Assembly: GCA_045863395.1 (NCBI GenBank)
Contig: BTVJ01000027.1
Span: forward strand, 28,549-92,548
Length of the DNA stretch: 64,000 nucleotides
Source of the DNA: Myxococcales bacterium
Lineage (GTDB): Bacteria > Myxococcota_A > UBA9042 > JABWCM01 > BTVJ01
Direction of reading: 5' to 3'
Shown: piece by piece, positions 44,738-55,007 of the stretch
How the letters are laid out: each line of letters opens with the position of its first letter
Position numbering within the stretch: position 1 is the first letter of the stretch
Notes under the pieces: generated by a model
What the model was told of the DNA's origin: nothing
What the model saw: the letters and a program-made list of their open reading frames with translations, nothing else
Database searches by the model: none
Program-made: the position numbers and the translations under genes

Positions 44738-47464
44738 ATGACCATCCCTGAGCAGTACCGGGCCGAGTTCGAAGCCGAGGTGCGCCAGCGCACGGCCAAG
44801 GCCATCTGGGTCGTCGGGCTCATCGCGCTGATCCTCTACCCTCCCACGATTCTCATGGATTGGGTGAGCTACCCGGAGCATCTGGGCGATCTCGCCCTCG
44901 TCCGCTTCGGCGCCACGGCGGCCATCGCGGTGTTCGTGGCCCTGCTGTGGACCTTGCGGCAGCGGGGGCTCGACGCACGGTTCGCCCGTGCGACCGTGTG
45001 GCTGTTCATCGTCGTCATCGCCACGAGCCTCGACCTCATGAGCTTGGTGGTGGGAGGGCCCGAGACCCCCTACTACGCAGGCATCACCCTGCTCTTGCTG
45101 GCCATCCTGGTGTCCATGCCGTGGGGGCTCGGGGAGATGGGGCTCGCCACGGGCTTCATCGTGATCCAGTACGACGTCGCGATGCTGATCTGGGACCCCG
45201 TGTTCGACATGCGTGGCTTCTTCATCGCCAACTACTTCTACTTCGCGACCATCTTCATCGGGCTGTTCTGGTGCGCCGCCGGGGATCAGCTCCGGCGGGT
45301 CGAGTTCCTCGGGCGCAAGCGCATCGAGGAGGAGCGCAGCCGCAGTGACCGCCTGCTCTTGAACATCCTGCCCGCCGAGGTGGCCGACGAGCTGAAGGAG
45401 CACGGCAAGGTGGAGGCGCGCACCATCGGGTCCTGCGCCATCCTGTTCACCGACTTCGTCGGGTTCACGAGGCTGGCGGGGCGCGCGGAGCCCGACGAGC
45501 TGGTGCGCGTTCTCGACGCGGCCTTCAGCCGCTTCGACGGCATCGTGACCAAGTGGGAGATCGAGAAGCTCAAGACCATCGGCGACGCCTACATGTGCGC
45601 CGGCGGAGTCCTCGGGAGACAGCCGGACCACCTGGTGCGGTCTGTCCTGGCAGGCCTCGAGATGCTGCACGCGCTGGAGTCGGCGGACTTGCGCTCCGTG
45701 GACGGCACGCCCTGGCGCATGCGCATCGGCATCCACACGGGCCCTGTCGTCGCAGGGATCATCGGGCGCAAGAAGTTCACCTACGATCTGTGGGGGGACA
45801 CGGTCAACACGGCGAGCCGGCTGGAGTCGACGGCGCTGCCCAACAGCATCAACGTGGCGACCTCGGTCTACAAGCAGGTGGAGCGCTTCTTCGTCGGCAT
45901 CGACCGGGGCTGGGTGCCCGTGCGTGGCAAGGGCGCCATGGCCATGACCCGTATCGTGCGCTTGAGGCCCGAGTTCTCGGCGGACGCCGCCGGGCACGCG
46001 CCCAATGCGCGGCTCTTCGAGGCACTGCCCGCCTGGATCGAGGCACAGGCGGAGCTTCCTCTCGCCTTGCCCCGGCCTGCACCGAAGGCGCGTGCGTCAA
46101 TGGAGAAGGACGGCCTGGATCCGCTCCACCTCCTGGCCCAGCTCACGGAGGAGGACAGGGAGCTGATCCTGCGCGCCGCCGAGCCCATCCGCTTCGAGGC
46201 GGGCCAGGTGCTCATCGAGCAGGGCCAGAGCCTGAGCGTGCTGTTCCTGGTGTTGGAGGGGACGCTGGCCGTGCGCATCGCACGTGAGCAGGTCGCCATC
46301 GACGTGGGCCTGCTCGGGCCCGGCGACATCGCCGGTGAGCTGTCCTTCGTGAGCTGGGAGCCGGCGAGCGCCACCGTCGCCGCCGTGGAGCCCGGCGCCG
46401 CGCTGCGCATCGACTTCGACTGGATGCAGGCGTTTGGCGCCAACCACCCGGAGACCGGGGTCCGCTTCTTCCAGTCCCTCGCCCTGGTCCTGGCCCAGCG
46501 GGTGCGGCAGGCCAACGCGCGGCTGTTCCTTCAGTCCGATGCCGGCGCGCGGACCGTCGGGGACCCCGAGCCGCCGAGCGACGCCGTGATGGAGCGGGTC
46601 GGGGTCTTCCAGGCCCGGCTCATCGAGGCTGCCTCGCTGCCCCCCGCTCGAGTGGACGCGACGGTCAGCGAGGCGTGCGACGCCCTGGTGGAGGTGCTGG
46701 ACGAGCCAGGCGCAGGGCCGGCCCTGCGCCGGGAGACGTCGTCCTTCCTGCTGCGGAGCGCCCTCATGGAGCGCTTGTGGGCGCGGCCCGCCCTGGACCT
46801 CGACGCGGCGGCCCACATCCTGCGCGGAGAGCCGAGGGGGCATGGGGCCGTCGGCGCGGCGGTGGACCGCTGGGTGCTGTCGCGGCCCTCCATCGCCGCG
46901 GTCCGGGAGGTCTTCGTGGCGTGCGGCCAGCAGATCGTGCGGGCGCGGCCGCGGCCCGGCGAGCCCCTTCGGGTGACGGTCCTCGGCGCGGCGGGGGCGC
47001 CGATGATGCTCGACGTGCTGCCCCAGATGGACGGTGCGGCGATCACGTGCGTGGACCACGACGTCTCCGCGCTGGCCGCCATCGGGCAGCGCGGGCGCAC
47101 CGCCCGCCTGTCCCTGGTGTGCAGCGACGTGCTGCGGACCGCCGAGTCCAGCAACCCCATGCGGCTGGTCCCGCAGGATCTCTTCGTGCTGCCGCACCTG
47201 GCGTCCCCCGTGGACGAGGGCATCCTGATGCGCGTTCTGGAGGATGCGTGGGCCGGGCTCGCGCCGGGGGGAGCCTTGGTCCTTGGGGCGCCGGCCGCGC
47301 CGGAGACGAGCCTGGTGGACGCCGTGCTCGGGCGCAGCCTGGGGGGAGTCCGGGCGACGGAGGTGCTTCAGCTCGCGGCGGCGACGCCCTTCCGGGACAG
47401 TCCGGCGGAGCAGATGGTGCTCGACGGGGGGCTGGGCACCGTGGTCGTGCTGAGGAGGGGCTGA
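44738..47464 (+). CDS. Membrane class III adenylate cyclase fused to a cNMP-binding domain and a methyltransferase-like domain
   Basis: About 6 TM; LFTDFVGFT, KLKTIGDAYM, YDLWGDTVNTASRLES; LIEQG...GELSF..ASATV; C-terminal Rossmann-like ITCVDHD...LAPGG. Confidence 0.85.
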   Translation: MTIPEQYRAEFEAEVRQRTAKAIWVVGLIALILYPPTILMDWVSYPEHLGDLALVRFGATAAIAVFVALLWTLRQRGLDARFARATVWLFIVVIATSLDLMSLVVGGPETPYYAGITLLLLAILVSMPWGLGEMGLATGFIVIQYDVAMLIWDPVFDMRGFFIANYFYFATIFIGLFWCAAGDQLRRVEFLGRKRIEEERSRSDRLLLNILPAEVADELKEHGKVEARTIGSCAILFTDFVGFTRLAGRAEPDELVRVLDAAFSRFDGIVTKWEIEKLKTIGDAYMCAGGVLGRQPDHLVRSVLAGLEMLHALESADLRSVDGTPWRMRIGIHTGPVVAGIIGRKKFTYDLWGDTVNTASRLESTALPNSINVATSVYKQVERFFVGIDRGWVPVRGKGAMAMTRIVRLRPEFSADAAGHAPNARLFEALPAWIEAQAELPLALPRPAPKARASMEKDGLDPLHLLAQLTEEDRELILRAAEPIRFEAGQVLIEQGQSLSVLFLVLEGTLAVRIAREQVAIDVGLLGPGDIAGELSFVSWEPASATVAAVEPGAALRIDFDWMQAFGANHPETGVRFFQSLALVLAQRVRQANARLFLQSDAGARTVGDPEPPSDAVMERVGVFQARLIEAASLPPARVDATVSEACDALVEVLDEPGAGPALRRETSSFLLRSALMERLWARPALDLDAAAHILRGEPRGHGAVGAAVDRWVLSRPSIAAVREVFVACGQQIVRARPRPGEPLRVTVLGAAGAPMMLDVLPQMDGAAITCVDHDVSALAAIGQRGRTARLSLVCSDVLRTAESSNPMRLVPQDLFVLPHLASPVDEGILMRVLEDAWAGLAPGGALVLGAPAAPETSLVDAVLGRSLGGVRATEVLQLAAATPFRDSPAEQMVLDGGLGTVVVLRRG

Positions 47465-47466
47465 CC

Positions 47467-48255
47467 GTGGACCCGCTGGCTGAGCTCCTTCGCTGCCCCT
47501 CGTGTGACGGCGCCCTCACGGAGGACCTCGCGTGCGGGTGCGGGCGCTGGGGGCGGTGGCGGGGCATCCCCCGTCTCGTCCGGGAGGGCGAGGTCCGCGG
47601 CACCGACCGCCTGATGCGCCTGTTCTACGACGGCCTCCCCCGACTGCACGACCCGGCGGTGCGGTGGTTGCTCCCCGTGCTCCAGGGGGGACCGGCGTCG
47701 GACATCCGCGAGGGGACCATGCGGCGCCTGGCCCTGGGGGGCCTCCGCGGCGGGCGCATCCTCGAGGTAGGCATCGGCGCGGGCGCGCACCTGCCCCTGA
47801 TCCGGCGCGACCTGCCCCGCGGCTCGGCGCCGCTGGTCGTGGGGGCCGACCTGAGCCTGGGAATGCTCGCCCAGTGCCAGCGGCGCCTCGACCGTGGCGT
47901 GGGCCTGGACGTCCGGCTGGTGCAGGCCGACGCCCACGCGCTGCCCTTTGCGAGCGGCGCCTTCGACCGGGTGTTCCACGTCGGGGCCATGGGCAGCTAC
48001 CGGGACCCGCGGAGCGCCCTGGCGGAGATGGCCCGCGTGGCGAAGCCGGGGACGCCCATCGTGGTCGTCGATGAGCAGCTCGACCCCGCGCGCCGCCACG
48101 GCCTGCTGACCCGCGCCGCCTTCCGGGCGCTCACCTTCTACGACCGGGCTCCCCACTGCCCGCGCGAGCTGCTGCCGCCCGGCGCCACCCACGTCCGCGA
48201 GGAGCAGGTCAGCCGCTTCTACTACTGCCTGAGCTTCTCGATGCCCCCGCGCTAG
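47467..48255 (+). CDS. Class I SAM-dependent methyltransferase with an N-terminal Zn-ribbon
   Basis: LRCPSC...CGCG, ILEVGIGAG, ADAHALPF..FD, RVAKPG. Confidence 0.85.
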   Translation: MDPLAELLRCPSCDGALTEDLACGCGRWGRWRGIPRLVREGEVRGTDRLMRLFYDGLPRLHDPAVRWLLPVLQGGPASDIREGTMRRLALGGLRGGRILEVGIGAGAHLPLIRRDLPRGSAPLVVGADLSLGMLAQCQRRLDRGVGLDVRLVQADAHALPFASGAFDRVFHVGAMGSYRDPRSALAEMARVAKPGTPIVVVDEQLDPARRHGLLTRAAFRALTFYDRAPHCPRELLPPGATHVREEQVSRFYYCLSFSMPPR

Positions 48256-49220
48256 AACTCGTCGAAGTCCCAGCTCAGCGAGATGAGGCCCTCCAGGTAG
48301 AACTCGTACTTGCGGTTCGGGTCGAGCAGGGCCACGCCCGGCATCAGCAGGAAGGTCGGGCGCGCGATTCCCCAGATCTGGTCCACCGGGGTGAAGGCGA
48401 CGAAGCCACCCAGGCGGTTGCGCAGGGTCTCGGTGCTCATGGTGTGGACCACCTGGTTGACGGCGCCGACGAGGAGCCGTGCCTCTCCGGTGTCGGTCCA
48501 GACCTCGCCGGCGAGGATGGTGCGGTTGGCGATGACGCCGTCGATCTCACCCCGCTTGATCAGGGTGTCGTAGAAGATGTCGTACCAGCCCTCGCCCTTC
48601 TCGCCGTGGACGAACCACGCGCCCAGCTCCAGCTCGTTGACCAGCACGATGGGCCCCGCCTTGGCCTGTACCGTGGGCCGGATGGACAGGCGGTGGCTGA
48701 GACCCAGCTCCTCCTCCCCCTTGCGGGCCTTGAGCGTGCCCCCGTCGTAGGGGGCGGACGTGGACGGGAAGCGCAGCCCGTAGCCGTAGCCCATGGCGAG
48801 GCCCGTCGTGGCGATGGCGTCATAGGCCAGGCGGAGCTTGAGGATCGCCAGCGGCTGCCACTCGACCCAGAGCTGCGCCCCGGGGGTCGACGGGTTCACG
48901 TAGACCTCGAAGCCAGTGGTGACGTTGGCCTTGTCGAGGATGATGCTGTCGTCGCGGTGGTAGATGTGCCGGTAGTGGATCCCGAGGAGCCCCGTGGCCT
49001 TGAAGGGACCCGCCGAGATGAACGCCAGGCCGCGCAGCGTCCAGCGGTTGTTGGGGAGCGCGTCCGCCGGCTCTCCCTCCGCCGCGACCGCCTCCTCGGC
49101 CGCCTCAGGGGTCGCGCCTTCGTCCTCGTCGGCCTCCTGGGCCAGGGCCGGCTGGGCCAGCGCCACGAGCGTCACGGCAAGGCAGGCGCAGAGTGCGGGG
49201 AGTGCTCGCATCGGGGCCAC
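48252..49220 (-). CDS. Hypothetical exported protein, probable outer-membrane beta-barrel
   Basis: AGGAGG RBS, signal peptide, amphipathic beta strands, aromatic C-terminus. Confidence 0.6.
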   Translation of the reverse strand: MAPMRALPALCACLAVTLVALAQPALAQEADEDEGATPEAAEEAVAAEGEPADALPNNRWTLRGLAFISAGPFKATGLLGIHYRHIYHRDDSIILDKANVTTGFEVYVNPSTPGAQLWVEWQPLAILKLRLAYDAIATTGLAMGYGYGLRFPSTSAPYDGGTLKARKGEEELGLSHRLSIRPTVQAKAGPIVLVNELELGAWFVHGEKGEGWYDIFYDTLIKRGEIDGVIANRTILAGEVWTDTGEARLLVGAVNQVVHTMSTETLRNRLGGFVAFTPVDQIWGIARPTFLLMPGVALLDPNRKYEFYLEGLISLSWDFDEF

Positions 49221-49377
49221 GGGTCACCTCCTGTCGGGGAGTCGGTGGGGACACCCGCAGGGTCAACCGAGGCCGCCGCAGAGGTCAAGGAAAATCGAGC
49301 CTGCGCATCGCATGCGCCCTGGGGGCGGTGCCACGAACACCTGGTCGCGCGCCGCGTGCTCCTGCACAATGGCGCCC

Positions 49378-50094
49378 ATGGGCGCGCCTCACTCTCCACT
49401 CCAGGCTTCCCTCAAGCAGGGCTTCAACGTCCTGAGCGGGCTCCTGTACCTGCTCGCCCTGATCATGGGCGTCGCGACGATCCTCATCTGGACCATCGAC
49501 GAGCAGGAGAACGCCACGGAGCGGGGGTTCCTGATGCTCGGGCTGTGCCTGGCCATGGTGGGGGCTGGGTACGGACTCCAGCGGCTCGTTGCCCGCCCCG
49601 TGCCGCCGCCCCCGCCCATGGACACCTCGGACTCGGCCGTCTTCCGGCGGACCCGGCTCGGGCCGGCGTGGACGGACTGGATCGCGCCCGCCGTGCCTGT
49701 GGTGCTCATCGGGCTGCCGCTCTGGTTCGCGTCTGCCCACCCGCCAGGCGAGACCGCGCTGATCGTCGGGGGCGTCGTCCTCCTCCTCGAGCTCCTGATC
49801 GCCCCCGCGCTCGTCGCCGCGCGCCGGGAGCGTGTGTCGCTCCAGCTCCACCCGGACGGCGTCCTGGTGCGCACCCGCAGCGGCCGCGAGCGCCTCGTGC
49901 GCCGCGGGGAGCTCCGCTCCGTCGCCCTCGGAGTGCGGCACGCCCGCAACTTCGTCTACGGAGTGCTGGAGCTCCACGTGGGTGAGAAGAAGCCGCTCCT
50001 CTTCCGGGAGCCCATGGACCAGCCGCTGCCGCAGATCGCAGCGCGGGTCGCTGCGCACATGGGAGCGCCGCTCCAGGACGGGACCGGGGGCTGA
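49378..50094 (+). CDS. Hypothetical membrane protein (4 TM)
   Basis: Four hydrophobic helices and a soluble C-terminal domain; start at 49369 or 49378. Confidence 0.6.
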   Translation: MGAPHSPLQASLKQGFNVLSGLLYLLALIMGVATILIWTIDEQENATERGFLMLGLCLAMVGAGYGLQRLVARPVPPPPPMDTSDSAVFRRTRLGPAWTDWIAPAVPVVLIGLPLWFASAHPPGETALIVGGVVLLLELLIAPALVAARRERVSLQLHPDGVLVRTRSGRERLVRRGELRSVALGVRHARNFVYGVLELHVGEKKPLLFREPMDQPLPQIAARVAAHMGAPLQDGTGG

Positions 50095-50127
50095 GCAGCG
50101 GGCTCCAGTGCTCGCGCCGTCGCGTCG

Positions 50128-51777
50128 TCAGAATGCGTAGGTCAGCGTCTTGGAGACGCCGTTGTCCGGCAGGGTCACCGTCACGGTGTCGACGACGCCC
50201 TCCGCGCCTCCGGGGATGCTCAGGGTCGCGGAGCCGCTCTCGTCGGTCTGGGTGTCCACCTCGTTCGAGTAGCCGTCGGTGCCCGTCACGGCGAGCGTGA
50301 TGCGGACCCCCGCCGTGGGCGGCGTGATGGTCCCCGTGACCAGCACCGCCTCGCTCGGGCCCGGGTCGGCGGGGGTGGCGATGACGAGCAGCGCGAAGGC
50401 GCCCTGGGCGTCGGGGCTCCAGACCGTGAGGTCCTCGCCGTCGTAGCTCACGTTGGGCGCCGTGTCCGTGTCCACGCCCTCGATGGCCTGCGGAACCTTG
50501 CCGTCGACCAGGATCAGCACGTCGGCCTTCCCCAACTGCGGGATCTTGACCGTGAGGTGGTTCGTGGGGTCGTCCACGCGGGTGATGTGGGTGCGGACGG
50601 GCACCTGCACGGTGACCGAGCCGTCCTCGTTGGTCACGGGCGCGAGCGCCGTGCCGGAGCGGACGATGGCGTCATGGGCCAGGGTGTCTGCCGCCGCGTC
50701 CTGGTCCGCGGCCGTGGCGGTGGGGGAGTCCATCAGGGCGCGGGCGTCGTCAACGGAGAGAGGGGACGGCGGCGGGACTGTGATCGGCGTCGTCTCCTTG
50801 CTGATCACCACCACGTCCAGGTGGTCGGCCAGGATGTCCAGGGGCTGGAGAGACTGCCCCGAGACCGTGCTGACTGCCGTGATTCCGAAGTCCGTGAGGG
50901 CCGCCGCGCTCTTGGTGAGGCCCACGGTCTGGAGCGCCTCCGTGTAGCCCTGGCCGCCCGTCGCCGTGGTCACGGCCGAGACCGTGGTCTTCACGGCAGT
51001 CTCTCCCAGCTTCACCGCGCCGTTCTTGACCGACTGGTTGATCGCCGTCGCGTCGACGTCGCTGACCCCGGGGGCGCCGTCCGTCTCCGCCAGGCGCAGG
51101 TCCTGCTCGACGGCCTTGGCCGCCGTCAGCTTGCCGCCCATCCCCAGGTTGTTGAAGTGCGCCTGGGTCTGTTCCTTGGGGGTATTCGCTGGCAAGGAGA
51201 GCGTCGTGTTGATCACCTCCAGCTCCTGCGGGGTCGCTGCGCCGATCTTGGCGTTGACCGGCTCGGCGCGGGAGTCCACGGCAGACTTCGCCCCCTTGTA
51301 GGCGCCGTAGGCCGTCAAGAGGAGGCTCCCGACCGCCAGCGCCGTGAACAGCAGGGGCCCTCGCTGCTGTCCAAGCTCCGCGTCCGGCGTGCGCGGGGCG
51401 CCAAGGGGGCCGCCGAGGAGGTGGGCCTGGATCGTCCCGTCCATCAGGGGGCCGGACGCCAGGTTCATGTCGAAGGCGGTCCCCACCCAGCGGGCCGCGT
51501 CGGTGCCCGCGAGGCCCAGGGCCGCCGTGACGGCGACGGCTGCGTCTGCGGAGGGGTCTGCCGTCGTGAGATCCACCGTGAAGTCGTCGCTGGCCACCCG
51601 GATGGCGTCGAGGGCCGCCTGGTGGGCCGCCTGCGCCGACTCGCCCTGCTTCAGAGCGGCCTTGGTGAATGCCTCGACGGCCTTCTGCGCCTCGCTGAGC
51701 TCGCCGGAGTCATTCGAGGAGTCGCAGGCGGTGGCGAGCGCCGCGATCAAGACCCATCGCACCCAGTTGATGGACAT
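50128..51777 (-). CDS. Hypothetical lipoprotein with a C-terminal Ig-like domain
   Basis: GGAGG RBS; MSINWVRWVLIAALATAC lipobox; beta-rich C-terminus. The longer ORF-track call is an upstream shadow of the helicase. Confidence 0.7.
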   Translation of the reverse strand: MSINWVRWVLIAALATACDSSNDSGELSEAQKAVEAFTKAALKQGESAQAAHQAALDAIRVASDDFTVDLTTADPSADAAVAVTAALGLAGTDAARWVGTAFDMNLASGPLMDGTIQAHLLGGPLGAPRTPDAELGQQRGPLLFTALAVGSLLLTAYGAYKGAKSAVDSRAEPVNAKIGAATPQELEVINTTLSLPANTPKEQTQAHFNNLGMGGKLTAAKAVEQDLRLAETDGAPGVSDVDATAINQSVKNGAVKLGETAVKTTVSAVTTATGGQGYTEALQTVGLTKSAAALTDFGITAVSTVSGQSLQPLDILADHLDVVVISKETTPITVPPPSPLSVDDARALMDSPTATAADQDAAADTLAHDAIVRSGTALAPVTNEDGSVTVQVPVRTHITRVDDPTNHLTVKIPQLGKADVLILVDGKVPQAIEGVDTDTAPNVSYDGEDLTVWSPDAQGAFALLVIATPADPGPSEAVLVTGTITPPTAGVRITLAVTGTDGYSNEVDTQTDESGSATLSIPGGAEGVVDTVTVTLPDNGVSKTLTYAF

Positions 51778-51960
51778 GGTCATCCTCCAAAGTTCAGAGA
51801 TCGCCTCCAACAAATAGCGTAGTCCCCCGCGCGACCTGCGGGGGGGGAACGATGGGCCGTGGGTCCACGCTCGTGTCCGCGTGTAACCCATCGAGGGCAG
51901 GCTCATCGCGCTTGCGCGTGGCGGCGGCCTTGTGGAAAGGTGCCGCGCTGGAGGTGCGCG

Positions 51961-54942
51961 GTGCCGCTCACGGCGAAGGAGGCCCTGGAGGTCGTGCGGT
52001 ATTGGGCGGCGGCGGTCCGCCACGCCGAGGGCCTCGCGTGCCGCCTGCGCGTCGAGCCGTCGAGGCCGAGGCAGGCCCCCATCGACGTGCTCAACCCGGA
52101 CTGGGGGGCGCGCTACGCCAAGCTGGTCCCGGGGGCTGGTGGTGACGACCCGGTCCGTCGTCTCCTGCTGCGGGAGGCGACCTCGCTGACCTTGCCCGTG
52201 TCGGGGGACGTGGCCTCCCTCTTCGAGGGCTGGCTGCGGGGGCAGTACCGCGCCTCCATGTACCGCGCCATGGGGCTGCCGACAGACAGCGACGACGGGT
52301 GGTACGTCGCGTTCCCCGCGCTGCATGATCGAGGGCGCGCAGAGCTGGACGCCCTGCTGCGCATCCCCGTGGAGCGCCTGGACTGGCGCGCCGCGGACGG
52401 GGCCCCGTGGACGGCGCCGTCCTATGCGGCGCGGCGGAAGGGCGCGGCCCTGGGGCCGCCCGCGACGCTGCGCCTGCACGTGGCGCCCGCCGAGGGGGCA
52501 CCCTTTGCCGTGTCCGAGCAGGTGCTGTCCCGGGCCCTCGCGGTCGGGGAGGACGACCTGGCCGCCCTCTCCGCGCGCCTCGACGGGGCGTCGGCGCCCG
52601 CGGTGCTCGACGCCCTCGCCGACGTGTTGGGAGGTGGGGCGGGCGGGCCGGTCGAGCGGCTCGTGGGGGCGATGAACGCACGGCTGCCGGCGGGGCTGCG
52701 TGCCTGGGACGTGGCGTTGCTCTTCGACGGTGGCCGGCAGGCGCCCACCGCCGGGCTGCTCGCGGAGCTGCGGTCGCTGCTCGACGCGCCCGACCTCGTG
52801 AAGGCGGGCACTCCGCTGCACGCGTACCTGACGGGGGCTCGCCCGAAGGCGCGGCAGGGCATCGTCCGCGCCCTGCCCACTGCCGAGCCGCTCACCCCGG
52901 AGCAGCGCCGCGCCTTCGAGGAGGCATCCTCGCCGCTGACCGCCTGCCAGGGCCCCCCCGGGACGGGCAAGACCCGGCTCGTGGGGACGCTGCTCGCCGA
53001 CGCCGTCGTGGAGTCGGCGGCGCGGATCGCGGCGACGCTGCGGGGGTGGCCGCGCTCCGCGCCGACGGTGGTCGCGTCCACAAACAACCGCGCGGTGGAT
53101 ACGGCGCTGGAGCTCCTGGAGCGGGGGCCGGAGCGCCTCGGCCTGACCTGGCGCATCGGCAACCAGGAGGTGGTCGCGACGGCGGCCTGCGCCCGGCTGG
53201 AGCAGACCCTGGCGTGGCTCGACGATCCTGATGTGGAGGTCGCGCCGCTCGGCGACGCGCGCCGCGTGTTCGCCGAGGCCCGGGCGCGGGTCGACGCCGC
53301 CTTGGGCCCCCTGGTCGCGGCGCGGCGGGAGCAGGAGCGGGCCGTCACGCAGGGGCAGCGTCTGGTGGACGCCGAGCGGCGGCTCGCGGAGGCGAGCGCG
53401 GGGCTGGCGGGGCTCTCCGGCGCCCGGGTGCCGCGCGGGACGGCGGAGGCGGCTGAGGCGATGAAGGCCCTCAACGCGCTCATGGGGCGCCTCTACCTTC
53501 ACCTGGACGAGCGGCACCTCGGGCGGGCCAAGAAGGCCGCCAAGAAGCTGGTGAACAAGGTGCTGCCGCGGGCCCTCGTGGCGCTCGCGGCCATCGGGCG
53601 CCCGCTGAAGCTCTCGCCACCGCCGCCCGAGCCCTTCGAGCCGGACGTCTGGGAGCCGTTCATCGAGGACCGGGGGCCGGAGCTGTTCGACCTGGGCGAG
53701 GAGCTGGCCGCGCAGAGCGATCCGGAGGTCCGGCGCCGTCAGCTCGAGGCGGCACGCGAGGTGGCGGAGGAGGACGTGCGGCGGCTACACGAGGAGAGGG
53801 TCGTGGTCCCACCCGTGGACGCCGACGCCCTCTATGACGCCTCGGTCGATCTTCGCGCCGCGCTCTTCGAGGCCGCCTGTGCCCTGCGCGAGTCGTGGGC
53901 CCGCTCCGAGCGCGACGCCCTCGCGCCGCTCCTGTCGGCGACCCTCGCGGCGCTGCGGGAGCGGGGGGCCCCGAGCCGCGTCCTGGAGGACCCGGCCACG
54001 GCCCACGCGCTGCTCACCTTGTTCCCGGCGGTGGGGTGCACGCTCCTGTCCTTCCGGGGCTCCTTCCCTCTGGAGGCGGGGTGGGTAGAGCGCCTGATCG
54101 TGGACGAGGCGGGGCAGTGCCACCCGGCCTACATAGTGCCGGCGCTCTTGCGCGCCCGCGCTGCGCTGATCATCGGGGATGTCCACCAGCTCGAGCCCAT
54201 CGTGGAGACCGACGACGCGGAGGAGGAGCGCGCATTGACCCGATCAGGGTGCGCGCTCGACGGTGAGAAGCTCGACCCCTACCGCGTGCGGGCGCGGCGC
54301 CCCCCCTCGGCGCAGGCCCTGGCGGAGCGCGCGACCGGCCGCGTCACCTCCCTGCGCGACCACTTCCGGTGCCAGGGGCCGATCATCGCCATCTCCGACC
54401 GGTTGTGCGGGTACGACCTGCGGGTGCGCACGCCGCCCCGCTCCTTCGGCGACCGCGTGCCGTGGCTGGAGGCGCCGGTGGTGCTGCTCCCGGCGCTCGG
54501 CGAGCAGGTGGCGGACGGCGGCTCCTGGCGAAACGACGTGGAGCGGGACCTGGTGCTCGGCGCCCTGCGGGACCTGCTGGACGCGGGCGTGCCGCCGGCG
54601 GACATCGCGGTGCTGACCCCCTACCGCGGCCAGCTCTACGCGCTGCGCCGGGGACTGAGGGGCCTGCTGGGCGGCCGCGGCGACGACTGGGCCGAGAGCG
54701 GGGACGTGGGGGGAATCGCCGTCGGGACGGTCCACCGATTTCAAGGGGGGGAGCGCGACGTGGTCCTCTTCTCGACGGTGATCACCCGCGACCGCTCGCT
54801 CCCCTTCCTCAACGAGCGCGTCAACCTGGTCAACGTTGCCGCGTCGCGGGCGCGCGTCCACCTGGTGGTCGTCGGTGATCCAGACGTGCTCTCACGGGGC
54901 GAGGTGACCCGGGAGCTGGTGCGGGCGGCGCGGGTGGGGTGA
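51961..54942 (+). CDS. Superfamily 1 helicase (DNA2/NAM7-like; AAA_11/AAA_12)
   Basis: GPPGTGKT, ASTNNRAVD, IVDEAGQ, GDVHQLEP, HFRC, TPYRGQ, TVHRFQGGERD, NVAASRAR. Confidence 0.9.
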   Translation: MPLTAKEALEVVRYWAAAVRHAEGLACRLRVEPSRPRQAPIDVLNPDWGARYAKLVPGAGGDDPVRRLLLREATSLTLPVSGDVASLFEGWLRGQYRASMYRAMGLPTDSDDGWYVAFPALHDRGRAELDALLRIPVERLDWRAADGAPWTAPSYAARRKGAALGPPATLRLHVAPAEGAPFAVSEQVLSRALAVGEDDLAALSARLDGASAPAVLDALADVLGGGAGGPVERLVGAMNARLPAGLRAWDVALLFDGGRQAPTAGLLAELRSLLDAPDLVKAGTPLHAYLTGARPKARQGIVRALPTAEPLTPEQRRAFEEASSPLTACQGPPGTGKTRLVGTLLADAVVESAARIAATLRGWPRSAPTVVASTNNRAVDTALELLERGPERLGLTWRIGNQEVVATAACARLEQTLAWLDDPDVEVAPLGDARRVFAEARARVDAALGPLVAARREQERAVTQGQRLVDAERRLAEASAGLAGLSGARVPRGTAEAAEAMKALNALMGRLYLHLDERHLGRAKKAAKKLVNKVLPRALVALAAIGRPLKLSPPPPEPFEPDVWEPFIEDRGPELFDLGEELAAQSDPEVRRRQLEAAREVAEEDVRRLHEERVVVPPVDADALYDASVDLRAALFEAACALRESWARSERDALAPLLSATLAALRERGAPSRVLEDPATAHALLTLFPAVGCTLLSFRGSFPLEAGWVERLIVDEAGQCHPAYIVPALLRARAALIIGDVHQLEPIVETDDAEEERALTRSGCALDGEKLDPYRVRARRPPSAQALAERATGRVTSLRDHFRCQGPIIAISDRLCGYDLRVRTPPRSFGDRVPWLEAPVVLLPALGEQVADGGSWRNDVERDLVLGALRDLLDAGVPPADIAVLTPYRGQLYALRRGLRGLLGGRGDDWAESGDVGGIAVGTVHRFQGGERDVVLFSTVITRDRSLPFLNERVNLVNVAASRARVHLVVVGDPDVLSRGEVTRELVRAARVG

Positions 54943-54948
54943 GCGGCA
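54830..54948 (+). repeat. 119-bp direct repeat, copy 1 (helicase 3' end)
   Basis: Matches 59007-59125 with 3 mismatches by my alignment. Confidence 0.9.
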
Positions 54949-55007
54949 CGGCCAGGCGTCCCCGGGATTCCCTGGCGCGCCGTCGGCTCCCTCCCAGCAC
55001 GCGGGGT

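Noticed and set aside
44738..47464. Pycsar-like defence system
   Set aside because: The cyclase has ATP-specifying residues and a membrane sensor typical of signalling cyclases; no separate Pycsar effector gene.
51778..53517. N-terminal extension of the 50128-53517 ORF
   Set aside because: Overlaps the helicase on the opposite strand; the RBS and lipoprotein signal are at 51777.
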